A stretch of 64,000 nt of DNA. Source: Kiritimatiellota bacterium. Its GTDB lineage: Bacteria > Verrucomicrobiota > Lentisphaeria > Oligosphaerales > JAADHN01. The translations under genes were made by a program, and so were the position numbers. The notes beneath the pieces were generated by a model. It was not told the origin of the DNA. It was given only the letters and a program-made list of their open reading frames with translations, and did no database searches. Shown here in pieces: positions 46,679 to 55,557 of this stretch (positions within the stretch are counted from its first letter, which is position 1; every line of letters begins with the position of its first letter). The stretch spans positions 392 to 64,391 of the forward strand of contig JAADHN010000077.1 of assembly GCA_013151865.1 (NCBI GenBank). The letters run 5' to 3'.

Positions 46679-47565
46679 CTTTCCTGCGCCCCCGCCTGCA
46701 ATTCACCCGACGAAAACAGCCCCTGCGGGCGGACGAACAGCACTGCAACCAATATGCCGAATGCCGTGGCGTCTTTATACGCGGCCGGCATCCCGAAATA
46801 GACGCTGAAGGCCTCGGCAAGGCCGACCAACAGGCCGCCGAGCACCCCCGGCATGGGCCGACCCAACCCGCCAAGCATAGCCGCGGCAAACCCTTTGATC
46901 GCCAAACCCGCGCCGGAATCGTACTGGGTCATGGTAATGGGGGAAATCACGCATCCACCCAATGCCCCGATCCCGGCGCTGAGCATGAAAGCCAGTGTTC
47001 GCATTCGCCCAGTATTGATCCCGGCCAGCATGGCCGCTTCCGGATTGGAGGCGCAGGCGCGCATGGCGCGACCAACCAGACTCCGGTGCAGGAACAGGTG
47101 CAGAAGCAGGACCACCAGAGCCACGGTCCCCAGGACCCAGAAAACCTGCGGCGAAATCCCGGCCCCGAGGACCCGCACCGAGCTGCACTCATTGCCGGTG
47201 AAGTAGGAGAGAGAGCGGACCTTCTCATCCCAGACATGCAACGCGACTTCCCGAATCACGATGGAAAGGCCGATCGTGATGATGATCATCTGCAGCACGG
47301 TGGGACGGCGCAGACGGCGGAAGAAAAGGATTTCGAGCACTCCGCCGCAGAGCGTAACGATCACCACGGCCCCCACCACTGCCACGGGGATCGGGGTGAA
47401 CCGGGCCAAGGTCACCGCCGTCATCCCTCCGAGCATGAGGAATTCGCCCTGGGCAAAATTCAGGATCCCGGTGGTGCTGTAGATCAGGTTGAACCCCAAG
47501 GCCACCACGGCATAGATGCTGCCGAGCGTGAGTCCCGAAAAAAAGAATTGGACTATCTGCGACAA
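46675..47565 (-). CDS. livH: branched-chain amino acid-type ABC transporter permease LivH
   Basis: SGLTLGSIYAVVALGFNLIYSTTGILNFAQGEF is a LivH-like N-terminus. TTG at 47565 is the preferred start. The earlier part of ORF 46675..47727 is Arg/Ser/Gly-rich. Confidence 0.8.
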   Translation of the reverse strand: MSQIVQFFFSGLTLGSIYAVVALGFNLIYSTTGILNFAQGEFLMLGGMTAVTLARFTPIPVAVVGAVVIVTLCGGVLEILFFRRLRRPTVLQMIIITIGLSIVIREVALHVWDEKVRSLSYFTGNECSSVRVLGAGISPQVFWVLGTVALVVLLLHLFLHRSLVGRAMRACASNPEAAMLAGINTGRMRTLAFMLSAGIGALGGCVISPITMTQYDSGAGLAIKGFAAAMLGGLGRPMPGVLGGLLVGLAEAFSVYFGMPAAYKDATAFGILVAVLFVRPQGLFSSGELQAGAQER

Positions 47566-47764
47566 TACTCGTAGGCCTCGTTGGAGCGCGTCCGAAAAAG
47601 TCCGGCGAGCGAACGCCTTCACGCCCTCCTTCCGGCTCGAGCCGGCGCGAGAGTCGCGGTCGCTTCCTCGGCCGGCACAGGAATCTCCGCGCGCCCGTTC
47701 CCTGCCGGTCGGCGTACAGTTTGACACGCCTCAGCCCCCGGCATTGCCCCGGATACCGACGCGA

Positions 47765-47820
47765 CAAAACAAACCGGTCGGCGGGGCTCGTTTCCCCGGG
47801 AAACAGGTCCCGCGACCGGT
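47765..47820 (-). terminator. intrinsic terminator/attenuator-like hairpin between the binding-protein gene and livH
   Basis: The minus strand reads accggtcgcggg..(inner gtttcc/ggaaac hairpin)..ccccgccgaccggt, giving 8 perfect bp plus 4 more with one bulge. It is followed by ttgttttgt and begins ~25 nt after the TAA at 47845. Confidence 0.45.
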
Positions 47821-47844
47821 ACACGGAGTGAACGCCGACGGGGA

Positions 47845-49026
47845 TTATGGACGATACAGCTCGAACTTGCCGTTCTTGACCGTCAACATCTCGAACGCGT
47901 CGAGCGTCAGACCGTTATGATCTTCGGGGGAAAAATTGAAAACCCCGCCGGTGCCGACGAAGCCTTTGGTGTTCTCGATGGCGTCCCTGATCTTATCTCG
48001 GTCGTCACTGCCGGCTTTACGAATCGCATTGACGACGATATTGATCGCGTCGTACGCGTGCCCGCCGAATGTGCTCACGGCCTCATGATAGCGGTCCTCG
48101 TATTCGGTCTTATACGCTTCGAGTACTGCTTTTTGGGGATGGCCGTTCGGAAGCGAGCCCACCACCAGCAGGCGTCCGCCGGGGAAGAGGGTCCCCTCGG
48201 CAGCTTCACCTGCCTGCTCGACATACTTGATGTTGCCGAAGCCGTGGCTTTGGAACAGCGGCACATTCAACCCGATCTGCTTCATGTTCTTGGCCACAAT
48301 CGACTGCGCGGGCACGATGGACCAGTTCACTACGGCCTGAACGTTCTTCGCCTTGAGTTTGGCCAGCACGTCTGTGAGGTCGGTGGCTCTCTTGTCGTAC
48401 ACCTCGCTGGCCAAGACTTCGATCCCCATTTCGGGGGCCAGCTTCTCGAGCTGATTCTTGCCCGCCTTACCGAACCCCGTGTTGCCGGAGACGATCCCGA
48501 TTTTCTTGATTCCCATGGTCTTCATGGTGCGGAAAATCCAGGTGGCCGCCTGACTGTCTTTCTGAGGGGTCTTGAAGACATACTTCGCCACGGGGTTCAC
48601 GATGACTTCGGCTGCGGCACAGGAAACCAGCGGAACTTTGGCCGTTTCGCAGATGTTTTTGATGCCCATGGTCTCACCACTGGTGGACGGTCCGATGATG
48701 GCGCAGACCTTGTTTTCGTCGATCAGTTGCCGTGTGAAGGAGATACACTTTTCCGGACTGCCGCCGGTGTCTTTGACGATCAGTTGAATCAGACGCCCGT
48801 TGACCCCGCCCGCGGCATTGATCTGGTCCACGATCATTTCGGCCGTCTTCTTCTCCGGCGCCCCCAGGAACGAAGCCGGGCCCGTCACGGCAAACAACGC
48901 ACCGATGACAATCGGTTTCCCCGGTTGCCCCACCGGCGGCCCGGTCACTTCCGATGTCTTCTTTCGACAGGAAACCATTGCCGCGGCCAGTCCCAGAACC
49001 AGAGCGCATTTTGCCAGAGTCTTCAT
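47845..49026 (-). CDS. LivK/LivJ-family periplasmic substrate-binding lipoprotein
   Basis: ATG at 49026 gives MKTLAKCALVLGLAAAMVSCRKK (lipobox). GALFAVTGPASFLGAPEKK..IIGPSTSGET is typical of the LIV-family binding-protein fold. Confidence 0.85.
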   Translation of the reverse strand: MKTLAKCALVLGLAAAMVSCRKKTSEVTGPPVGQPGKPIVIGALFAVTGPASFLGAPEKKTAEMIVDQINAAGGVNGRLIQLIVKDTGGSPEKCISFTRQLIDENKVCAIIGPSTSGETMGIKNICETAKVPLVSCAAAEVIVNPVAKYVFKTPQKDSQAATWIFRTMKTMGIKKIGIVSGNTGFGKAGKNQLEKLAPEMGIEVLASEVYDKRATDLTDVLAKLKAKNVQAVVNWSIVPAQSIVAKNMKQIGLNVPLFQSHGFGNIKYVEQAGEAAEGTLFPGGRLLVVGSLPNGHPQKAVLEAYKTEYEDRYHEAVSTFGGHAYDAINIVVNAIRKAGSDDRDKIRDAIENTKGFVGTGGVFNFSPEDHNGLTLDAFEMLTVKNGKFELYRP

Positions 49027-49176
49027 TCTTGGAGTCCCCCTTGGTTGGTTGTCTCGGCTCTTTTCCTTAACGGCGGGAAAAGTCCGCTTCCCAGTTGCAC
49101 ACACGCCCCCGGTCGGTGAGAGGCACTTGTTCCCCCACCGCCATCAGCCGTGCCCTTCTGAAGCACGATAGACAAT

Positions 49177-49204
49177 AGTGTAGGCTCTCAAATCCGGCTG
49201 TCAA
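49177..49204 (-). promoter_or_regulatory. candidate sigma70-type promoter of the liv operon
   Basis: On the minus strand, TTGACA (49204-49199), a 16-nt spacer, then TACACT (49182-49177), about 150 nt upstream of the ATG at 49026. By-eye match only. Confidence 0.3.
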
Positions 49205-49604
49205 ATACGCTTTGCGGACCCGCGTGCAAAGATTGTCTCGTCCGAGTCGAGCCCCTTGCCGGATACGGTAACGCGCCCGAGGCAGGGCGGCACGCCCCAC
49301 GTCCCGCATTCAAGTGGCCTCGGGCAGCAGCCGATCACCGAGAGGACGTTCTCGCTTTTCTCCCTCGGCGGGGTTGACATTCGCGGCCGGCCGGTGCACG
49401 GTTCATCTGTTTCCGAGTCCGTGCGGCCCCGGGGTTCCGCAAGATCACGCCACGGGGACACGGAGAGCGTCCCGAGCCGACCTCGAACGCGAACGGCCTC
49501 TCAAGCCCGGGGAACACTTCCCTTTGCGGGACGCCCAAGACATTCTCGTGCATGTCCTGCCCGGGGCCTGATAAATCTGCAAACTGCAAACCAGGTGGGG
49601 AACA

Positions 49605-50405
49605 ATGAAGTTGACGTTGATCGGTGCGGGAAAAATGGGATCGGCCATTGCCGGCGGTTTGGTTCGAAACCGTGTTTTCAAGGCCGACGAATTGGCGGCG
49701 GCGGATCCCTCCCCGGCCGCGCGCGCTTCCTTCGAAACCTTAACGAAGGTGCGTTGTTTCGCGACCGCGGAAGCGGCTTTGTCCGGGACCGATGCCGTGT
49801 TGCTGGCGGTCAAGCCCCAAAATGCGGCGACAATCGCGGCGGATATCGCTCCCTTCTGCCGAGAAAAACTCTTCATTTCGATCATGGCGGGCGTGCCGAT
49901 CCGACGCTTGGGGGAATGGTTCGGGACGGACCGGGTGGTTCGAGTAATGCCGAATACACCGCTCCTGGTCGGCGAAGGCGCCAGCGTCTTCGCCTGCGGC
50001 GCCGGTGTGAAGGCGGCAGACAGAGAACTGGCAAAACGCATTTTCGGCGCACTCGGTATTGTGTTCGAAATGAAAGAAAACCTCCTCGATGCCGTAACCG
50101 CACTGAGCGGAAGCGGCCCGGCCTATGTCTTCGAATTCGTCCAAGCCCTGGTGGACGCGGCCGTTACGGCGGGCCTGTCCCCCGAACCGGCCCTGGCCCT
50201 GACCGTGCAGACCGTGGCCGGGGCCGCGGAGATGCTTCGGAGCCGGATCGGGTCCCCGGAAGAACTGCGCGATGCGGTCACCAGTCCGGGCGGAACGACG
50301 GCTGCCGGCCTTGCCGTACTCGCGGACGGAAACTTCCGCGGCCTGATCCGCAAGATGATCCTTGCCGCGCGAGACCGGTCGGTCGAATTGGGGCGCAACG
50401 CCTGA
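49605..50405 (+). CDS. proC: pyrroline-5-carboxylate reductase
   Basis: MKLTLIGAGKMGSAIAGGL (Rossmann), VRVMPNTPLLVGEGAS and AVTSPGGTTAAGL are ProC motifs. Confidence 0.9.
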   Translation: MKLTLIGAGKMGSAIAGGLVRNRVFKADELAAADPSPAARASFETLTKVRCFATAEAALSGTDAVLLAVKPQNAATIAADIAPFCREKLFISIMAGVPIRRLGEWFGTDRVVRVMPNTPLLVGEGASVFACGAGVKAADRELAKRIFGALGIVFEMKENLLDAVTALSGSGPAYVFEFVQALVDAAVTAGLSPEPALALTVQTVAGAAEMLRSRIGSPEELRDAVTSPGGTTAAGLAVLADGNFRGLIRKMILAARDRSVELGRNA

Positions 50406-50524
50406 CTCGGAGGCCGTTGGAGCATTGACCGCATCATGAGAATCCGGGCCACGAGCGAACGCACCGGCCCTGCAGATGTGTCCGCACCGTCTTGAGACGC
50501 ACGGAGCGCAGCGAGAAAGAGGGA

Positions 50525-52276
50525 ATGATGCAGACACTGCCAGCCCCAGAGAACACCTGCACCGAGACGCCGGCCGGTCCGCACTTTTTTTTCGACGCGA
50601 ACGTACGCCTTGGCCCCACCCAGCGCCGTTCGCCGGACGTCCCCTGGCGCACCGAACAGATCGTGCATGAGTTGGCACGGTGCGGGATCGGCGCCGCGTT
50701 GTGCAGATCCGCACTCGGACCGAACGACGACCCCGGCACGGCTACGCAATCTCTGTTGGCCGAAATCGAGGGCAGACCCGGGCTGTACGCCGCCGGTGCG
50801 ATCACTCCATCCCTCCTGGACCAGTTCCCTCCGGAATCCGAGCAATGGGCCCGTCTCGCCGAAAACGGCGTTCGGGCTGTTGCGGCTTGGCCTCGGTCGC
50901 ACAAGGTGGGTTTCAGTCCATGGATATGGCAGGACTGGGCCGACCAGCTTGCCCCCCGACGTGTCCCGGTGTTGATCGACTTCAGCGAACTGCCCGGACC
51001 GAACGAGGCCGCCCTGGTCCGCGCTTGGATCGAGTTGCTCTCCCCTGCCCCGGTTGTCCTGCTCGACGCCCCGTGGGGCGCCTCGAACTTGGTTCTGCGC
51101 CTGATGGACGCCTGCCCCAACCTGCACATGGACATGGCGACGTGGCAAGCGCATAACTGCGCCGAATTCCTGGTACGACATTTCGGGGTGGAACGCATCC
51201 TGTTCGGCACCGGACAACCCGAGAAGAGCCCGGGAGCAGCCCGAGCCGCCGTTGACTACGCCGAACTGCCCGCCGAAGTCCGGGCCGCCGTCGCAGGCGG
51301 CAACCTCGGAAGTCTGCTCGGACTCGAACGGATCGCGACGTGGGAGGTCGAGCCCGCTGCCGACCCCTTGGCCGGAGCCGCTCGTGCGGGGCGACCACTC
51401 CCTGCCCTTGTGGCCGACGCACACTCGCACGTCATGGGCAGCGAACAGCACATGGTCTTGGGAATGTGCTTCCCCGACTGCTCGCCGGATCGGCAGATGC
51501 AGATCAATCGCCGTATGGGCCTGGACATTCAATGCCAAGCCTCTTGGACGGGACCGGTCAGTGCCGCGGCCCGAATCGGCAACGACATCCTGCTCGAGTC
51601 GCAGAAACGCTTCCCGGACGTCGTCGTGCCCATGGCCACGGTGGACCCTTCGCAAATGACTCCGGAAGAACTGGCCGCGGAAATCGATCGCGTGTTCGTC
51701 CGGGGCCCCGCGGCAGGACTGAAACCGTACCACAGCATGGGGATCCCTTATCATGCTCCCGATTGGTCCCCGTTCTTCGAATACGGCAACGAGCACCGCC
51801 TGTTCGCCCTGCTTCATCCCCTGGGCAACCTGACATGGGCGCCGGACTCGCCCCAGGCAAGAGGTTACGTGGAAATCGCAGAGCGGTATCCGAACCTGAG
51901 CGTCTTGATCGCGCACAGCGGCGGCAGCTTCTCCTACGCCCGTACCGCGCTCTGGATCGCCCGCCAACGGTCAAACGTGTTTTTGGAGCTGACCCTCACG
52001 CCGGTCCCAACGGGGATCATCGAGTGGCTCGTCGAGGAAATCGGGGCGGACCGTGTCCTGTTCGGGACCGATGCGCCGATGCGCGACCCGCGCCCACAAC
52101 TGGGTTGGGTGGTCCACGCGGACATTTCCGAGAACGACAAGCGTAAGATCCTGGGGATCAATTTCTGCCGTATCCTGGCCCGGGCCCGGGCAAACTGCCC
52201 CGCCGTGCACCGGGCACGGGCACTGCTCGCGGCCCAATCCCCGGACGGAAGAAACGCCCCGCGACCTTCTCCATGA
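50525..52276 (+). CDS. tandem amidohydrolase-2 (PF04909-like) fusion; N-terminal copy degenerate
   Basis: ATG-ATG at 50525 follows agaggga. Copy 1 has FFFDANVRLG and ILFGTGQPEKSP. Copy 2 has VADAHSHVMG and VLFGTDAPMRDP. Confidence 0.7.
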   Translation: MMQTLPAPENTCTETPAGPHFFFDANVRLGPTQRRSPDVPWRTEQIVHELARCGIGAALCRSALGPNDDPGTATQSLLAEIEGRPGLYAAGAITPSLLDQFPPESEQWARLAENGVRAVAAWPRSHKVGFSPWIWQDWADQLAPRRVPVLIDFSELPGPNEAALVRAWIELLSPAPVVLLDAPWGASNLVLRLMDACPNLHMDMATWQAHNCAEFLVRHFGVERILFGTGQPEKSPGAARAAVDYAELPAEVRAAVAGGNLGSLLGLERIATWEVEPAADPLAGAARAGRPLPALVADAHSHVMGSEQHMVLGMCFPDCSPDRQMQINRRMGLDIQCQASWTGPVSAAARIGNDILLESQKRFPDVVVPMATVDPSQMTPEELAAEIDRVFVRGPAAGLKPYHSMGIPYHAPDWSPFFEYGNEHRLFALLHPLGNLTWAPDSPQARGYVEIAERYPNLSVLIAHSGGSFSYARTALWIARQRSNVFLELTLTPVPTGIIEWLVEEIGADRVLFGTDAPMRDPRPQLGWVVHADISENDKRKILGINFCRILARARANCPAVHRARALLAAQSPDGRNAPRPSP

Positions 52277-52289
52277 CATGCGGCGAGCG

Positions 52290-54950
52290 TCAGTCGCCCC
52301 CCCGGGAAGCCAACGCGTCCTCAGGCGCCATCAGTTCCGCAGGCTGTCGTGCGAGCCAAGGCGGCACGTCGTACAATTCGACGATGCAGCGTAAACTGCT
52401 CAATTCGATGCTCCAAATGGCTCCGTCAGCCCCTGTCGGGACCGTCACCGACGCTTCGTGTCCGGGCACGACCGTGTGGTTCGCTATTGCGGATTCCGCA
52501 CCGTATTCGCGTCGGTCGCGTTCTACGATTATCGAAACCTCGCTGCCGGCCAACACCTTCTCATCGAGCACAGTCTTGCCGTCGGCCGTGCGCAACCGAA
52601 TACTCGTGAACGGGTCCCCACCGGAGACAATACCGATCACAAAGTGGCGCGTCCCCTTGGGGACAAAGAAATACAACGGCGCCCCCCGGCGCGGCAACCA
52701 TAACCGGAGCGGGGTGCGGCGTGGCTTGCCGGGACGGTCGGCGCGCCCGGCCCAAACCACCAGCGGCCGGCCATCGATCCCTCCGATCTGCGCCGCGTGC
52801 CAGTAGCCGGTCCCGGGATCGAAGGCATACAGACCGCTCTTCGAAAGCGGGACCCGCACCGCGACCGACTTGCCCTTGGCCGCCTTCGCATGGCCGTTGG
52901 CCATGGTTTTGCCGTCTGCGTCGCGCAGAGTCCAACGGCAATCGATTGTGTGGCCCCCGTCGAAAGGGCGGTATTCGAGATCCAGCACCTCCCCTGCCTT
53001 CCCTGCGAACCAATGGGTCCCGGACTCGACGAAAAGCGGTGAGCGCGGTGGTTCACCCCAGGCCGCCACCGCCCCGGGAAGCCGGTCCCGTAACGGCGCC
53101 AAGCGACCGGAGAAGACACGGCCCGTGATTTCCACGGCAGGCAGGTCGCGAAACCGCTGCAGATCCGACGTGAAATCGGCGGCGACTTCGGTGGGACCGG
53201 GGATGTCCGTGCGTTCCTTTTTCCAGGCGGCCGTCGTTTTCTTGAACTCGAAGCCGTCGATTCTCTTCAGGGCTGCAAAACGCCGGGCAAACCAGCTCGA
53301 GTGGAGCGCGGGCCATGCGTGGATCATGCCCGTATCCATGATGCGTCGGGCAAACACGATGCATTCCCGGGCCCGCCGGGTGATTTCTTCCGGGGGACTG
53401 ACCACGAGTTTGCCCCACTGGTTCCAGCGGGCGCTGCGGTCGTAATCCCCCCAAAGTCTCAACCAATGCAAGTACATGGCCACGCGGTCCAATCGGGCTC
53501 GCACAGCGGGGGAGGCTTCGGCTGCATACGCCTCTTTCAGATCGAGCAAGGCCAGTTTCAATGTCCGGAGCGAAAAGCGCTCGCCGCGGCCCCAGCGCTC
53601 GTACAGTCGTTGCATCGGTTTGGCAGCCTGTCCAAAGGCACGAGAGTAAAAGTCTTGCAGCAGGGCACGGGGATCTTGTGCCGGGTCCCACATCAAGTGT
53701 GCGGCCATCCAGTATCCCGGTCCGTTGGGGCCCCAATTGCACGAGGACTCCGCGCTATAGGTACTCAACCCAAGCTCGCTGTAATGCCGGAGAGCGACCG
53801 CCAACTGGACCGGTCTCCCGGCTTTGGCAGCACCGGGCAGGTCCCAGTCCCACGGGTAAACGCTGAAGTAATCGTAGACGCCGACGCGCGCACCGAGGTC
53901 GCGGAACGCCTTGACCTGCGCGTCGAAAGAAAGCTTGGTGTAGCGAAAACCGGTCGTGATTTGCACGTACACTCCGGGTGCGATCGGAAAGCGCGGGGGT
54001 TCGGCATGTCCCGCATAGGCGTACATGCCGACCCATTTCTCCGGGAACTCCCGACGCACCCCACGGGCCACGATGTTGGCCAGGGAGAAAGCTTGGTCGC
54101 TTTCACTCCCGAGCGCGCGACATTTGGGACACTGGCAGTAGCCGCTGCCGTCGTTCGGCTCCACCGAGACCATGTTGCGTTGCGGCTCCCGGCGAAAGAC
54201 TTCCAAGGCGTGGCGAACGATCCGCGCCTGTACCTCCGGGTTGCTCACGCAAAGCTGGGACGGCTGCCGTTTGCCTTTAACCAAGGCAAACCAGTCCGGG
54301 TGTTCCTTGAATTCCCGGCGTGGAATGTGCCATGCGTACGAATGACTGCAGTGCACGCCGAATGCACCTGACTGACGGTTGTGGCGGAACCATGCATCAT
54401 AGTCGGTCCGTAGCTTGGGAGTTCGCGGCCCCCATCCATACCAGATGCGCCGATGGGCGAACGCGGGCGCTTGCCGCAAGTCGACCCGTACGTCGAGGTT
54501 GGGGACACGCGGGACCACCGTCCAAACCGGGTCGGGAAAAAACCAGCGGAAGCCGACGGCTTCCAGAAAACCAAACACCGCGTGACCGAGAGCACGCTCG
54601 GAATTCCCCAAGATCCACACTCGGCCGCCTTGGGAACGCACGACGATCCCTTCCGTCCCCAACTCGCGCATCTGGAATGCGCCCGCACGCTTTGGAAAGT
54701 CCGACGCCGTCCCCAGCACCACGCAAGGCCCCCGGGCCGATTCGGAGAATGGTTGAATGGGCAGAAGTGCCCCGGTCGCCTCGCGCAAGCAGTCCCGAAG
54801 CTCCCGAGCCGCGGACATGCGCTGGTCCAATTCGGTGTTCCGTACCCGAATAACCGCCGCCGGAGCGCCATGTCTCGCAATGGGTACGCCGCCGGCCGCC
54901 AAACCGAAAGCGGTCAATCCGGGCCACAGCAAGCAGCAAGCGCTTCTCAT
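52290..54950 (-). CDS. secreted DUF4838-like (GH20-related?) protein with C-terminal beta-sandwich region
   Basis: ATG at 54950 gives MRSACCLLWPGLTAFGLAAGG. HPDWFALVKGKRQPSQLCVSNPEVQ..VSVEPNDGSGYCQCPKCRALG is typical of DUF4838. Confidence 0.65.
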   Translation of the reverse strand: MRSACCLLWPGLTAFGLAAGGVPIARHGAPAAVIRVRNTELDQRMSAARELRDCLREATGALLPIQPFSESARGPCVVLGTASDFPKRAGAFQMRELGTEGIVVRSQGGRVWILGNSERALGHAVFGFLEAVGFRWFFPDPVWTVVPRVPNLDVRVDLRQAPAFAHRRIWYGWGPRTPKLRTDYDAWFRHNRQSGAFGVHCSHSYAWHIPRREFKEHPDWFALVKGKRQPSQLCVSNPEVQARIVRHALEVFRREPQRNMVSVEPNDGSGYCQCPKCRALGSESDQAFSLANIVARGVRREFPEKWVGMYAYAGHAEPPRFPIAPGVYVQITTGFRYTKLSFDAQVKAFRDLGARVGVYDYFSVYPWDWDLPGAAKAGRPVQLAVALRHYSELGLSTYSAESSCNWGPNGPGYWMAAHLMWDPAQDPRALLQDFYSRAFGQAAKPMQRLYERWGRGERFSLRTLKLALLDLKEAYAAEASPAVRARLDRVAMYLHWLRLWGDYDRSARWNQWGKLVVSPPEEITRRARECIVFARRIMDTGMIHAWPALHSSWFARRFAALKRIDGFEFKKTTAAWKKERTDIPGPTEVAADFTSDLQRFRDLPAVEITGRVFSGRLAPLRDRLPGAVAAWGEPPRSPLFVESGTHWFAGKAGEVLDLEYRPFDGGHTIDCRWTLRDADGKTMANGHAKAAKGKSVAVRVPLSKSGLYAFDPGTGYWHAAQIGGIDGRPLVVWAGRADRPGKPRRTPLRLWLPRRGAPLYFFVPKGTRHFVIGIVSGGDPFTSIRLRTADGKTVLDEKVLAGSEVSIIVERDRREYGAESAIANHTVVPGHEASVTVPTGADGAIWSIELSSLRCIVELYDVPPWLARQPAELMAPEDALASRGGD

Positions 54951-55134
54951 GACCTCGACTCCGGTTTCTGAGACTCCCCCGCAAAAGACGACCCCGGCCG
55001 CAGGATCGGGACCGGGGCGCCCGGCCCGGACCACTTGAAGCCGGCCGGCCCCGGCCGACGGGTTGGCGCCCCCATCGTTTGAAGGGGGGGCCCGGGGATC
55101 TGCGTACACTCCATGGCGGGAGGGTCCCCGGCAT

Positions 55135-55557
55135 TCAGCCCGACCTGTTTCTCGGCCGCTCTTGCCGCCGCCCCACCGCGGGTGTTTCCGTCCCCACGAG
55201 AGCCACGACTCCCTTTTCGATCAACGTGCCCAGGAAAGCCGCAACGGCGATACGGGCCTCGAGGGCGCTCAGATCGTACGTTTCGGCAAAGGTAGCGACG
55301 ATGTCCGCAACCGTACGATCCCCGTCGCACAAGTCGAAGAAATGCATCCCGCGCCGGTCGAGTTCAATGCGCCGAAAACGATTCATGGGAACAAGCCAGC
55401 GCACGAACCGTGAGTTCCACCATCGCGGTTTGATCGGCACCGAGAGCAGGAGTCGGTTCTCGTCCCGGACCAGGACCTCGATGGCTTGGTTGCGGAACGG
55501 ACGGGCGCTCAGCAACCGATGGAGACCCGGTTTCTTGGCGTTGCGCTTCCGGTTCAC
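55135..55557 (-). CDS. PqqD-family (RRE-like peptide-binding) protein
   Basis: IELDRRGMHFFDLCDGDRTVADIVATFAETYDLSALEARIAVAAFLGTLIEKGVV matches the PqqD winged-helix pattern. GTG at 55557 overlaps the upstream stop (GTGA). Confidence 0.65.
   Translation of the reverse strand: MNRKRNAKKPGLHRLLSARPFRNQAIEVLVRDENRLLLSVPIKPRWWNSRFVRWLVPMNRFRRIELDRRGMHFFDLCDGDRTVADIVATFAETYDLSALEARIAVAAFLGTLIEKGVVALVGTETPAVGRRQERPRNRSG

Noticed and set aside
52276-52290. A bidirectional terminator between the convergent amidohydrolase and DUF4838 genes
   Set aside because: The stops are only 13 nt apart, leaving no room for a hairpin. Termination signals, if any, must lie inside the opposing coding sequences, and I could not identify them.
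54947-55134. Small ORFs just after the PqqD-like gene as a RiPP precursor, e.g. MECTQIPGPPLQTMGAPTRRPGPAGFKWSGPGAPVPILRPGSSFAGESQKPESRS from ATG 55114, whose TGA overlaps the DUF4838 ATG as ATGA
   Set aside because: All three minus-strand frames are open across this very GC-rich 184-nt spacer, so an ORF here carries no information. There is no SD and no recognisable leader or core pattern. It is worth a look only if peptidomics or conservation supports it.
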